IMG/VR virus record: IMGVR_UViG_3300035338_000016
Location: 14,784 to 78,783 of that record
DNA: 64,000 nt
From: a virus
Direction: 5' to 3' (one strand)
The notes beneath the pieces are model-generated. The model was not told the DNA's origin. It did no database searches and saw only the letters and a program-made list of their open reading frames with translations. Shown one piece after another: positions 42,575 to 54,793 of this stretch. Every line of letters starts with the position of its first letter. Position 1 is the first letter of the stretch. The position numbers and the translations under genes were made by a program.

Positions 42575-43725
42575 TCAATCTTCCTTTTCTAATTTAACAT
42601 CAAAAATACTTTCCACAGCATCCATCAAATAGTAATACCAACCACCTGAAAGCCCGTTCCATTTACAATAATATTCAAATGCCTTTTCCTTACTCATGCT
42701 CATTATTTCTTCATCTTTTGACGTATCGTTTTCTTCTACGTCTAAACATTTTCGTAAAGCTTTCATCACATCGTTGCTGTATATCTTCATTGTCTCTCCA
42801 ATTAATGGACACCAGTCTGGTTTAGTTTCATCTTCCATAAATTCCTCAATTGATTCATTTTTGACATTGCAATAAGGTTCATCTTCTTTGTATAATTCAC
42901 TATCAAATGCTATACACACAAAACTACAGTCTTCGCACTTACTGGGCATTTTCATATCAATCTTGACCATACCAATCACCATCCCTCTTCCTGTCTTCTT
43001 TTATCTTCTAATTCTTTAAGCCATTCTTGACTCCATGCTGGACATTTCTCACATGGATAAGGACAACGATAAGTACCACAATCACATTCAGGATCAAATT
43101 CTTTTTCATCCATTGCTTACCAACCCCCTATGAATCTCAAATTCTATCTATTTAACAAACTACTTATCATTGGTATAAAAGGTGCAAATATAGTAATATG
43201 ATTTGCCACTGATTGAATAAAATTATTGTACGCCGTGGGAAAACTATCTCTCCCTACATTTTCCCGCATGTTATCTACTAATTCACATATGTCATCGCCG
43301 TTATTTAAAGTATTAGCTAAAGTTTTAAGCGTATCAAATAGAGCTTCTTCTTCTTTAGACAAAGTAATATTTACGTTTAGCGAATTATCAGTAGAATTTA
43401 TATTTATTTTTCCACTTTCATTACTAATGTTGTATGTAATCTGTTTACTACGTGATATAGCTGTTGTTTTCCTTACAGATACTTGGTAATGGTCTGGAAT
43501 GTTTCTTGTGCCTTTATAAAATCCTCTATCAAGTACTTCATAATTTTCTTTCGCCCCATTCGATAGAGTTCTTTCGAAAATATCACCTTCTTCAATAATT
43601 ACAGAAATATCTTCTATCACAATTAATTTTGGTTGCACCAATGCTTCAATATCGTCAATAATATCTCCATTATATTTAATTAACTTTATTCTTTCTGTTG
43701 GGAAATTGCCTAGAATGCTTCTCAT
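42575..43725 (-). other. Hypothetical CDS (42575-42982, 43144-43725)
   Basis: ORF track and SD sites. Confidence 0.7.
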
Positions 43726-43940
43726 ACTATATCTCCTCCTACAAAACTATTATTTCAACTGTTCTACAACTTCCTTAGGTATCAAATATAAATCCCCACT
43801 TAATTCAGATAAGTGTTTATCTGTCCATATCGGCTCATTATTTAATACAGATGTTTGATACCAGTCTTGTAAATACCCATCATCTACTGAATTATCAAGA
43901 ATAAATTTTTTTGTACTACTCATAAATGTTCTACCTCCTA

Positions 43941-44750
43941 TTATTTCAACTGCTCATACATTTCTTCAACTTTCTTAAGATGTAACTGATCCATAATCTT
44001 CCCACCTCTATTTAGCATCAAGAAGTATTTCAATACAGATTTCTTGTCACAATCTTCAACTTCTCCTATGGATACAGTATGATTTTTAAATACACGTCTA
44101 TCCGTCCAACTTAAATCATTATAAAATTTGCCTTTATATGCAAACCTGTTTTCATAAAATTCTACAATCGCATTGATTCTTTGCTTCCCATCAAGAACTT
44201 CATAAGATTGTTCTCTTTCGACATATGTTAAATAGTCTAAGTGAATTAAAGCAAATTTCCCAATGTCAATATTATTAAATATACTATCAATTAACAATTC
44301 TTTATCGTCCTGCTCCCAAACATAATCTCTTTGGTAATCAGGAGTCATGTCAATGCCATTTGAATAGTATTTGTGTAACAAACTTTCAATGGTAGAGTTA
44401 TTGAAATATATTTTGATATCTTGGTTTTTCGCAAAATTTGTATCTCCATATTCTATTGGTCTAATATCTGTCCATCCAACAACATTATATGTTTCGTAAT
44501 CATATGGATTTCCATAATTGGTATTAGTGGCTATACAATGCAACCCATAAACTTTCCCATCAAACAAAATTTCTTCAACTACACTTTCTTTTAATGCACC
44601 AAATTTAACCTTATCACCAATCTTAAAAAAGTATGTTGGGTCATTAAGGTTTTTAAATTTATCTTTATTAAAAGAAAGACTTCTTTCCCTTTCTTCTATA
44701 AGTTGTTCTTCTACTGTTTGAACTCTCTTTTCTACTTTCTTTCTAGCCAT
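43941..44750 (-). CDS. Stand-alone DUF262 (GmrS/ParB-like) protein
   Basis: PDYQRDYVW, LIDSI, EVLDGKQR, FLMLNRGG. Confidence 0.85.
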   Translation of the reverse strand: MARKKVEKRVQTVEEQLIEERERSLSFNKDKFKNLNDPTYFFKIGDKVKFGALKESVVEEILFDGKVYGLHCIATNTNYGNPYDYETYNVVGWTDIRPIEYGDTNFAKNQDIKIYFNNSTIESLLHKYYSNGIDMTPDYQRDYVWEQDDKELLIDSIFNNIDIGKFALIHLDYLTYVEREQSYEVLDGKQRINAIVEFYENRFAYKGKFYNDLSWTDRRVFKNHTVSIGEVEDCDKKSVLKYFLMLNRGGKIMDQLHLKKVEEMYEQLK

Positions 44751-44782
44751 ATTTATCCTCCAATCTTATAGACATGAAACAA

Positions 44783-45058
44783 TCATTTCAATGCTTCTAA
44801 GTTTTTATTAAAATCATCTCTTGTTCTTTTCCAAAACTTAATCAAATAATTCTGAGCATCAATTTTCGCTTCCTCAATATTAGATGATTTCATTTTAACT
44901 TTTAATCCTGTGGAAGAATCAGTTAATTGAAAATCTTTATATCTCAACAATGCTACATTCCTACCAATCCCATCAATGAACAAAGCTGATGCTTCTCCAT
45001 AATCTTTCCATGTAAACATATTTATCACTCCTTTATCTATTCCTTCTAATAAAATCAC
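44783..45058 (-). CDS. Hypothetical protein (likely start at the MFTWK Met)
   Basis: AAGGAG SD before the internal ATG. Confidence 0.6.
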   Translation of the reverse strand: MILLEGIDKGVINMFTWKDYGEASALFIDGIGRNVALLRYKDFQLTDSSTGLKVKMKSSNIEEAKIDAQNYLIKFWKRTRDDFNKNLEALK

Positions 45059-45118
45059 CTATATATCCGCATAGACCAATAAAAAGTCCAATAGCAATAT
45101 CCATAATTATCCTCCTAA

Positions 45119-46177
45119 TTATACCATCTTACTTTCTGCAATACTAATAATTTCATTCAGTCCTTCAAATTTATCTTCTCCGTTCTTAGCCATTTCCCAA
45201 CATTGAGATAATATCTCTCTGAAGTCTTCCGATTTAAAACTCACCACCGGACTGTTTGAAATATCTGTTTCAATTCCATTCAATTTGTCTATTGTGTGTT
45301 GCGATAAATCATCCGCATAAACGTCAGTCTTTTCAGCAAGCACTTTAATATATCTCTTTGTAATATTCTGGTCTGAATGTCCAAACATCGTCTGTATGAT
45401 GGTTAAATTATCAGCATCACGAGGATGTAGTTTGTAAAGTGTATTACCATAAAACCGTCTAAATGAATGTGTGCTTATTGGATATGTCAATCCATTTTCG
45501 TTGACTGCTTTTTTAAGGGATTTTCTAAATGCTGCATCTCCTGTTGAGAATACTTTTTCACTGTATGTTTGCATTGGATTAACCCCAACTATATTGCAAT
45601 ATTCATCAACTTTTAACTTAACTAAAGCTGTAATTTTAACCCCTACAATCTTGCCTGTTTTTTCTTCTCTTAAGTTACTCATTCTTTCTCTGTAATTACC
45701 ATTAGCTAGAAAAAAATCTGACCATCTTAATGATATAATATCTCCTACTCTACGACCTAAAGAATAGCACAACCATGCACAAAGCCAATGATGATACAAT
45801 TTTTGTTCTTCAAACCATGTCATTACCTTAAAGAAATCATCATAGTCTCTAAATGGGTTTGATTCTGTAGGTTCAGTGTTATTAATATTATTGATGCGTT
45901 TCAAATCAGACACTAACATATTATTTTCATCGTCAATGTTTCCTTCAACCCAAATTTGAGTCTTATGATTAGTATACTTTATAATATCAATTTCTTTCTC
46001 TTTCTTTTTTTCTTCCTTATCATCATTTTTATCATCTTCTGTTTCAATTAAATAAAAATCAAGTTCTCCCATTATATTATCTAACTCAATCGGAGATAAA
46101 ACCTCTCCTATCATTTCTTCTTTCAAACTTTTAATCTTTTTTGTAATACCATCAGTTTTCCTTGCCATACCAACCAT
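45119..46177 (-). CDS. Tyrosine recombinase with intact catalytic residues
   Basis: GRRVGDIISLRW (R), EEKTGK (K), THSFRR (HxxR), FGHS (H), TKRYI (Y). Confidence 0.92.
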   Translation of the reverse strand: MVGMARKTDGITKKIKSLKEEMIGEVLSPIELDNIMGELDFYLIETEDDKNDDKEEKKKEKEIDIIKYTNHKTQIWVEGNIDDENNMLVSDLKRINNINNTEPTESNPFRDYDDFFKVMTWFEEQKLYHHWLCAWLCYSLGRRVGDIISLRWSDFFLANGNYRERMSNLREEKTGKIVGVKITALVKLKVDEYCNIVGVNPMQTYSEKVFSTGDAAFRKSLKKAVNENGLTYPISTHSFRRFYGNTLYKLHPRDADNLTIIQTMFGHSDQNITKRYIKVLAEKTDVYADDLSQHTIDKLNGIETDISNSPVVSFKSEDFREILSQCWEMAKNGEDKFEGLNEIISIAESKMV

Positions 46178-46446
46178 CCTCCTCTATAAATTTTAACTAC
46201 TTCTTTTGGTACATCTGAGAAATATAGAACAGACGATGCGTTTCATGTCAACACACCTAATCCTTATTCAGTTTTATCTATTTATTCAGCTAATAGCCCC
46301 ATTTCTCGTAAACTCTGCTTTCCAGTTTTGTTCTTTGTGATACTTACATACAAAGCATAATAGTTTCTGCTAAATGCTGAATAGTCGTCAATTAGATTTA
46401 ATTGGTTTGCTTTTCTGCCACTCATATTATTATTCTCCCTTCAATT

Positions 46447-46475
46447 AAAAAGCAGCCCATATAATAAGAGCTGCT
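46447..46475 (-). terminator. Intrinsic terminator
   Basis: AGCAGCTC...GGGCTGCT followed by TTTT on the minus strand. Confidence 0.65.
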
Positions 46476-46495
46476 CTCAAGTATCCATATTCATT

Positions 46496-49236
46496 TTAAT
46501 AAGGATGGTTTGCATCTTTATCATAGTATCCTGCTACCATTCTTCTTTGTTTTTCTTTTGGAGAACAGTTATCTGTTTGCATTTTGATAACGTTTACTTT
46601 ATCAAGCGGATAGTTGTTTACGGGATCGTTTCTTTTAGCATTGAAATATAAATAAAAACAAATAAAAACAACAGCAATAATGCCTACAAACACAAGAATT
46701 CCTTCTAACATATTAATAAGTCCGTCCATATTTATCATAATAACATCTCCTTTTAATTTAACATCCAATTAATTACATTATATTCCTGATTAATGACAAA
46801 ATCAATCGTCTTGAAACAACGAATCTATAGGGTTTATTATACCATATTCACCCTTGAAATTGCACATTCATCTTGCACACTTAAACCAAATTACCCGTAC
46901 CATAAACGATACCCAATTTTTCAAGTCCCTCAAATGTAATTGTTTTAATTTCATCCTCTGGAATATCTGCAATGATATTTGCATTGTGTTCTAAATTATA
47001 AATATCAATAGGAAATCCAATATGTGATTCCATAAATACATGAAAATGTGGAAACTCTTCAGGATCATAATTATCAAAATCTTCTGGCATTTTCAATCTT
47101 GAATTCTTAATATGTTCTTTATACATTCCTTTAAATAAAAACATTCCTGTCATATTATTACCTCCATTTAGTCTTGAAATTTTCCTTTCATTTACTACGT
47201 CCTACAGAAGCAATACTTTCGTTAAATTTCGTGCCGCCTTCCGTATCTTCTTTTTTAATAATCGCTTTCTTGCCTTCAATAACAACAGTATATTTTCCAT
47301 CACTACAAAATGAAACTGTTAAAGGAAACTGGAATTCATCATACCCATACCCAAAAGATTTTTCAAAACGATTACACCCATTGCCTACAACCGCATCTTC
47401 TTTTACTATCCTAATATTTTTGTTTTCAATCATTGTAATTCCTCCATTATCTTATTCGCTATATTTAAAAAACTTGCCATACCATCGCCATTCTGATGGT
47501 TTATTAAATGATTTAGATAAGTTTCTTCTTACCTGACCTGAACACTCCCATGCGTCCTTCTCCATCTTTGCTACATGTTCTTCTCTTTCTTCTTCTGTAT
47601 CGTAGAAATATTCTTCAATAATTGTTCTAAGCTTTAGCTGCATAAATCCTCCTTATTTTACTGGCTGCGCATACTCCCCATGATTATTTTCGATGATTTC
47701 AAGAACTTTCTGTAATGTTCTATATACATCTCCGTCCATATTAACTATATTATCGTTTTGCAATCCAATAAGAGTACAAATAATATTATCCCTCATATAT
47801 TTAGCTCCTTGCTGCCATTCACTCATTGCGTCCTATCCTCTCCACATTAAAGTTGATCCACCTTTTCATGCATTAACTTTATAATTTCAGTCTTCTGTTC
47901 CTGTAATTCTGATATGACCTTGAATTCAACTTCTTTACTTAAACCCCAATTTTGTACAAGATTTTGTTTACCTGTAATATCAAATATTTCACGTTGCAAA
48001 TCCTCTAAGGTTTTATCCTTTTTAGCTTTCTCCATTTCTAGTCCAAAAAACAAAGTTCCCATATTATCCTCCTATAAAATTCATATTTCCTCTGTAATGT
48101 TAACTAATTTTGTACGAGCACCACCAGTATTTATAATTGCACCAGCAATAGCTTCATAGATAGCATTTGAATCAACATCCTCTAATGTAAGAAATTCAAG
48201 TTGAATACTGTAATGTTTTCCTTTACTTAAGACTTCACTATCAATTAACTCTTTTGGTCTTATCATGTTATACCCTCCAATCCAAGTAAAATAATTCGTT
48301 TACTAAGACTTTTCATAGTCCTTAACTTTTGATAAAATGTAAATCTTTTAAAACCTAATTATTTTCCCTTGACTATACGGACATTGCCGATTAATACACA
48401 TTTCACATGGAGCATCAAGTCTATCTTCTCTTATGATATAGTCGATAGGTAAAACCGCTTTAGTTATAGTGCATACATCATCCATCCCTGAATATCCTTT
48501 TAAGTTTTCATTTGTGTTATTTTTTTTATTTAGTGCGTCGGGATTTTTGGGTTTTATTGACTTAATTGATTTTCTTGGTTTGCATAATTTCTCTCCAAAT
48601 AATTCTTCGTTACACTTAGATAATTGTTCAAAAAATGATATGTTTGTTTTCAAAATTCTTATCCTCCTAGCTTGAAATAATTCTTTCATCTTGTTATTAA
48701 AATGTATTAAGAGATTCCTTATATTCTTTTTCTCTAGTTTCTTTGCTTTTTGCCATCCACCAATCATTGTAATCTTTTTTGATTGCTGCGTTGAACGGTT
48801 TAAGTTTATCATCGCCAAAGAAAGCCATCCAATCACCAATTTCCTTGCCGTCAATACTCCAAAAGAAGTCTTTCTTTAAATCACATTTAGCCCAAAACCC
48901 TTCCCCTGTAATATGACTCTCTAAACCACAGTGTTCTTTCAATCTATATGGTTTATTAACGAATTTCTTTAACTCATTTACAATAACATCCACTTTGTTT
49001 TTATGACAGAATACAATGAGACTTTCTCCTTTATAATTTTTAATATCACTAATTACGTTATGTGCATAATCATCAAACTGCCCCATAATTCTTCTGTAAG
49101 CTTTTGGAATTGCTCCCCATTCAAATTCTGAAGATCCCATATAATCTAAATACACAAGTCCTTCTCTACCTGTAAGCCCTGTATGTGTTTCTTGTAAATT
49201 ATTAAAACTTCCTCTTTGAATTAACCAAAATTCCAT
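46496..49236 (-). other. Cluster of small hypothetical CDS
   Basis: 46496-46768, 46881-47153, 47188-47433, 47452-47643, 47847-48062, 48081-48266, 48348-48653 (TTG start), 48697-49236 (DYMGSSEFEWG). Confidence 0.7.
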
Positions 49237-49250
49237 AATTTTTCTCTCCT

Positions 49251-49575
49251 TTACTGTATCTCTCTAACCTTTCCCAAATTAAACCTAACTTCAGGATAGC
49301 AACAAAATCCACTGTATCCTATCTCTCCTGTAAGTGCACCGAGATCATTTGACACAATCCAATCAATAATATCTTCTCCGTTGTCGTTGGTGTCAATGAA
49401 GGCGCAATCATTAGCTCTCTTGTCAAGATTAATAGTCAATATGCCCCAAGGTTCTGGATAGCCATTATCCCAAGAATACATTGCAATAGCTAAATTGCCG
49501 TTGTCTTCATATTCTGTTATTTCTAATGAAATCAGAAATACTTTACCGTATTTTTTTTAAGTTTAATTTTGCCAT
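49251..49575 (-). pseudogene. DUF4313-like gene interrupted by a frameshift in an A8 tract
   Basis: SD and ATG at 49575 are out of frame by 1 with the body (YEDNGNLAI...PWGILTINL...AFIDTN...SGFCCYPE); T8 at 49551-49558. Confidence 0.7.
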
Positions 49576-49591
49576 TTGTTTTCTCTCCTTT

Positions 49592-52500
49592 TCAAACTCC
49601 AAATTTACTAAACAATCCAAACGTTTCAGCCGCCTTAACAAATGTATTTGTAAGAGCAGCCATTTCTTTATCTTTCTTAATAATCTTCTCTAAATCCTCT
49701 TTCGACAGCTCCGTATATTTAAGCAGCCTTTCAATCCACTCATTTTGGATTTTAAGTTGTTCATCCTTTTCATTAGAGACTTGTTCAAGAGAAGAGATTC
49801 GTTCATCCTTTGACTTGACCAAATATTCTAACTCTCTAATTTGCTTTCTATATTTCGCACGTTCTTTCTCAAACGCTAAGTCTTTAGCAGACTTTTGACT
49901 CATTTTTATGCTCCTTTCTTGACGAAATTGCCTCTGCAATTATTTCGTTATATTCTTTAGGAGACATTCTCCGCTCAGTAACATTATATAATGCATCTAA
50001 GAGATTATATATTTCCTCCTTGCATTTAGCATTAATATCAGCTTTTGAACACTTTAAATTGTCTGTCATAGCATTATGTCTTTCTCGTAAAACAGCACAA
50101 GCATCTACATATTTGTTATAATATGCGCTCATTTTTATTTTCTCCTTTTCTCCTCCTATGAAATCATGCTTTCAGCTCTTTTAATTCTATCTCTAGTTCA
50201 ATTTTCTTCGTTGCAAGGTTTAATATTTTTTCTTGTTTTCGTGCAGGTGGAAGAATATCAGTCCATGCTTTTGTTTTTAAAAAATGTAATTCTAACTCAA
50301 TGTCTTCTAATTGCTTTTCTACCTTTCGTATAAGATAATCTCTCCATGATGGTGAAAGATGGTTATATGATTCTCCATGCATAATAAATCCTCCCTTAAT
50401 ATATTTCTCTTAATCTACTCCGTTCTTCTTCCAAATCACTGCAATTACGAATAAATTCACAATCCTCGTCATTTTCATCATCATACAATTCACTCACTGC
50501 ATTATCATAATCAGCCAGCACAACCTCTATTTCCGTTTCCTTGTCATCTGTATATACCCCTGTCACCACTCCTGCGTTAACTTCGATAAAAATTTTCATA
50601 AGTCTCAACCTCCCTTATTTACACTTCATAATCAAATTCTTTTATGCCTCCACTTGCTTCAACATAACAAATAATATCTGCCAAATTTAAAGAGCAGCCA
50701 TCTTTATTTCTGTTCTCGATCTCGAAATATCCCTTTTCATCAATTTCAATTTGACATTCATAGTGAAGAAAAATCATAGTAATTAAATTCTCCATATTTG
50801 TTTTAATTTCATATCCTGTATTCCTAAGATGATTTGCCATTACATCATAGTCACACCATTTTTCTTTTGGATATGTCGTATAATCAGTTTCTTCCGTCCA
50901 TCTACCATAGTAGTCAACCATATATACCAACCTCCTAATATTCTTTTCTCCGTTTACTTAATTTGTTGCAAAGAAAAAAGAGTGTTCCTTTTGAAGGATA
51001 CGGCTTGACCGACACTCTTTAAATTTCAATTTGATTGTAATTTATTTTTGATTCTTCCTAATATAATACATACATCCGCTTGTTCTTCAATTGTCGCAAT
51101 ATCATCCATGAGCGCAATATTTGCGATAGCTTCACATACTAATTTATAGTTGTCTTGCTTTAAAGAATCCATGAATACCTCTCATTATAAACCCTTCAAC
51201 TTATGTCATTTATAAAATTTTTTATACTTATTTTCACTTATATGACCAACAACTTTCCCACTCATTAAGCATCTTTCTAAAGATAGATATGAAACTAATG
51301 GTTCATCTATTCTATACGGACTGAAACATTCCCTCTCTTGATCATATAGAATGACATACATAGAATATTCAGGCTTAATATTACAAAAATTACACTGTAT
51401 CACACTTCCCTCAATAACCCCATCTGCAACAATATTTTCATTGTCCTTTTTGCATAGTAACATTCTATATTTGATTTCATTCTTTTTATTTTCCCGAATT
51501 TTTTCAAGTTCTTTTCTTGAATTGTACATTATAATAACTCCTTATAAAATCTTCGTTCTATGGCATTAAAGTAATTTCTTTCCCTTCTGCAACTGTCAAA
51601 CCTATAATGTATTCAACTAGCGAATGGGTGAAATTATATGCTATATTTTTCCCACGTTCATTGTTTATGATATAAACTGTTTTATCCCATGCAGGATCTA
51701 TTTCTATTGATTGCCCTGATCTATAATATCTCACATTGCAATATATTCTTTTACCATCTACCCAAGGGCAAATTCTTACTTTGCAAGATCCAATCCATGT
51801 ATCAATATCCATTGTGTTCACCACCTTTGAAATTTAATTTCTATCGGCTCTTAAATTCCGTTTGCTTGTAAAATTGCATCTACCATTTGATTAGCCTTTT
51901 CACAATCAACAGCAACTCTAATATCTGTTGTTACATCTGAAATCATATCGTGTTCATGGTCAACTCTGATATACACTTTCTCTTTTGTTTTCAGGTTCTC
52001 AGCAACTTTATAGTCACTCATGCAAAATACAGGCAACTCACCAATAACAAGAGAATCTGTTTTGATTATTTCATTACTCACATACTGGTAAGACATACCC
52101 TCTTTAATATCTTTTAAGTTAAACATTATAAATTCCTCCTATTCTTTATGTAGCATCATGCCAACGACCAAAGATACATTTTCCTTTGGTGTAGTAAGGA
52201 AATACTGTCCTATCTCCTACTTTGAATAATTCACCCCAACTTTTAGGACTGTAAATCACAGCAACGTCTTGATCCTTTACTTTCACTCTATACATTGCAA
52301 GTCACTCCTTTTATATCATTCTATATACTTATTCTCTTTTTATTTTTGACCGTATAAGCCTTTGTTTCAATGAGCTATGTGTATTAATAACCCATTCAAA
52401 AAAAAGGCTTATAATGCCCTTTATAGTGAACAAAATGCCGTTGCTAAACGCTTAGTAAGAGAAATGTTCTTACGGTTACGTTCTGTTCTGATTCTCCGGC

Positions 52501-54067
52501 GGTTAGCAACATAAATTTGATCTGCTAATACAATTTTCTTTACTGTGTCTCTTACTTGACTACCGTCAAGAGGGATATAACCCTCTGTTATAATTTCCAC
52601 GCCGTTCACATTGATAATACACATTTTAAATTCCTCCTTATTTAAACATTTTCTAAAATTTTTTCTTGTAACTCTTCCAAGTAGCCCATGAACACTGTTG
52701 AATTTTTGCTACTTGTATAATAATGATAAGTGATTCTTCCATCTGGATAGAAGGATATTTTTGCTAACGCTTTATTTACCCATCCTTGTGTTTTCAAAGG
52801 CAAATTGATACCGTATTTTTTCATTAATCGTAAAATAATACTCTTTCCTTCCACTTCGTTGTTATAGAAGGTTTCTTTTTTAATGATAGCCTGTTCTGTT
52901 TCATCCTCTGCATCTGTTATAAGTTTTTTCATTGCAGTAAGTTCTGCCTGTTCTTCCCGTTCTCTTTTTTCTTGTTTAGCCTTTTCTTTATCTTCTCTTT
53001 TCTTAATATACTCTAATCTGTATTGAATACATTCCTTTGCTAATGTGTCTTTACCTAACAATAAACAAGTTTCAATATTCAAAAGATTGATATAGTATCC
53101 TAAATTCATGCTGTCATAAATTGATTTGATATAACCATCTTTTCCAAAATATTCAAAAGTAGCTAACTTGCTTGTCATTTCTTCAAGTGACCAATGTTCT
53201 ATAATTGATCCATGATTTACAGCTATAACTTCTAAATCATCCCAAACATAAAAATTCGTGTTGTACTCATCTGGAACAACTTCAACATATAAATTTTTAT
53301 GCTGTTCTAATTTGGTAATAGCAGCTAAGCTGTATAATTTTTTATTTCTTTTTGTTACTGAATTGCCATCTTTACCAAAATAAATACATTTCTTTGAAAC
53401 CTGTTCATATTTTGTAAAGTCAATATCTTTAATTAACATGTTCTCAATCCTCCTGTTGAAACGGCTATTCTATCTCATTAATTGTCTTAAATCATAGATA
53501 ATAATTATCTTTTCTTTCTGACTCAATTCGTATAAATTGTTTTCTATCGCACCTATTAATTTTTCACATTGCTTTTTGTTTGGTAATCCGTTGTTTAAAC
53601 TTTCTTCAAAGCGTTTCAAAAAAATTTTTGTTGTATTTGTTAATTCATTCATGCTATACCCCCCCTGTGATAAACTTAAAATCTACCTTTCTTCGGTTAC
53701 TTTAATCATTTTTGCTAATTAAAATCAATTCATCTTTTCCTATAAACCTTGTATTTAAAAAATCTTTAAGCATACAATCAATTGCCGTTTCGTCTCCATC
53801 ATTTCCTTCTAAAAATGTTTCACTGTCACAATAGCAGCTAAATGTAACGCCACCATATCCACCGATTAAAATAATAATACTATCATTCCAATTTAACTTT
53901 TCACAGATATAAGCCGTTCCTGTGTCTCCATTGTCAAGTTCATTAAAATCAAATTTATCTCCAACTTTCATTTGCATTATTCTATTTTTAAGCATTTCAA
54001 CGCTTGCTACTAAGAAAGTTTCGTCAAATTCTGATTTGAAAATGTCATTTGCCTTGTAATTTTTCAT
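49592..54067 (-). other. Cluster of small early hypothetical CDS
   Basis: 49592-49903, 49884-50132, 50164-50382, 50396-50608, 50619-50930, 51206-51529, 51558-51824, 51851-52126, 52421-52624, 52642-53439, 53470-53652, 53702-54067. Confidence 0.75.
50974..51020 (-). terminator. Branched (three-way junction) terminator-like structure
   Basis: AAAGAGTGT/ACACTCTTT closing CGGT-CAA-GCCG and TCCTT-CAA-AAGGA, followed by a U tract. Confidence 0.5.
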
Positions 54068-54117
54068 TTTTAATTCCTCCTATATTGTCCTTATAAAATT
54101 CTGCTTTCAACGGTTAA

Positions 54118-54678
54118 TTAGTAAATTAATTCAACGCAATCATTACCAATGAAAATATATGTCCCCTCAAATCCCATATCACGACCAAAGGATGCAAAGT
54201 CAAAATATCCTCTTAAGTTTTCGGGAACACTGTCAAGAAGCCCTACCTCGTCAGCATACTCCTGTGCTACGTCCTCCATATCTTCACAATCATAATAGAT
54301 TCTATAGTCACCATCTTGTACATGTTCAATGGCTTTTTCAATATCACAACCATTTTCTAAGAAAGCTTGTAAAGCTGTTGTTTCAGATTCTTCAAAGTCC
54401 TCTATTGTTTCTGCCAATTCGTTTAATTCCGAAATACTGCTATACTCTTCTACTTTCAAACCTTCAATATCTGTTTCAAAATCATGAATTGCGTGTTCTT
54501 CATAAATACTGCCGTTCTCTTCGTACCCTTCGATGTATTCCCCATTTTCAAAACGTGCAAGTTTGATTCTAACAAAAAGATTTTGCATTTCTTCCTCTGT
54601 ACAAGGAAGGTTAACCCATTCCCCTACTAAATGACCTTCATTGTATTTCCCTAAGTTTGCCACATAAATTTTTAACAT
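54118..54678 (-). CDS. ardA: Antirestriction protein ArdA (DNA mimic)
   Basis: IYVANLGKYNEGHLVGEWVNLP, AIHDFE, YFDFASFGRD; highly acidic. Confidence 0.95.
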   Translation of the reverse strand: MLKIYVANLGKYNEGHLVGEWVNLPCTEEEMQNLFVRIKLARFENGEYIEGYEENGSIYEEHAIHDFETDIEGLKVEEYSSISELNELAETIEDFEESETTALQAFLENGCDIEKAIEHVQDGDYRIYYDCEDMEDVAQEYADEVGLLDSVPENLRGYFDFASFGRDMGFEGTYIFIGNDCVELIY

Positions 54679-54746
54679 AATAAATTCCTCCTCTATAATA
54701 AGTAATAAGTAGTAATTGACTTTGTAATATTCTGTATTGACACTAT

Positions 54747-54775
54747 AAAAGCCACTAGCAAAATACTAATGGCTT
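54747..54775 (-). terminator. Intrinsic terminator
   Basis: AAGCCATTAG...CTAGTGGCTT followed by TT. Confidence 0.65.
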
Positions 54776-54793
54776 CAAACTATCAACACTATT

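Noticed and set aside
45119-46500. Prophage attachment boundary at the integrase
   Set aside because: Phage-type genes and the junction motif continue on both sides; no host gene, tRNA or core duplication seen
48654-48854. N-terminal part of the tracked 168-aa ORF
   Set aside because: Overlaps the 179-aa gene; the AGGAGG SD supports TTG 48653
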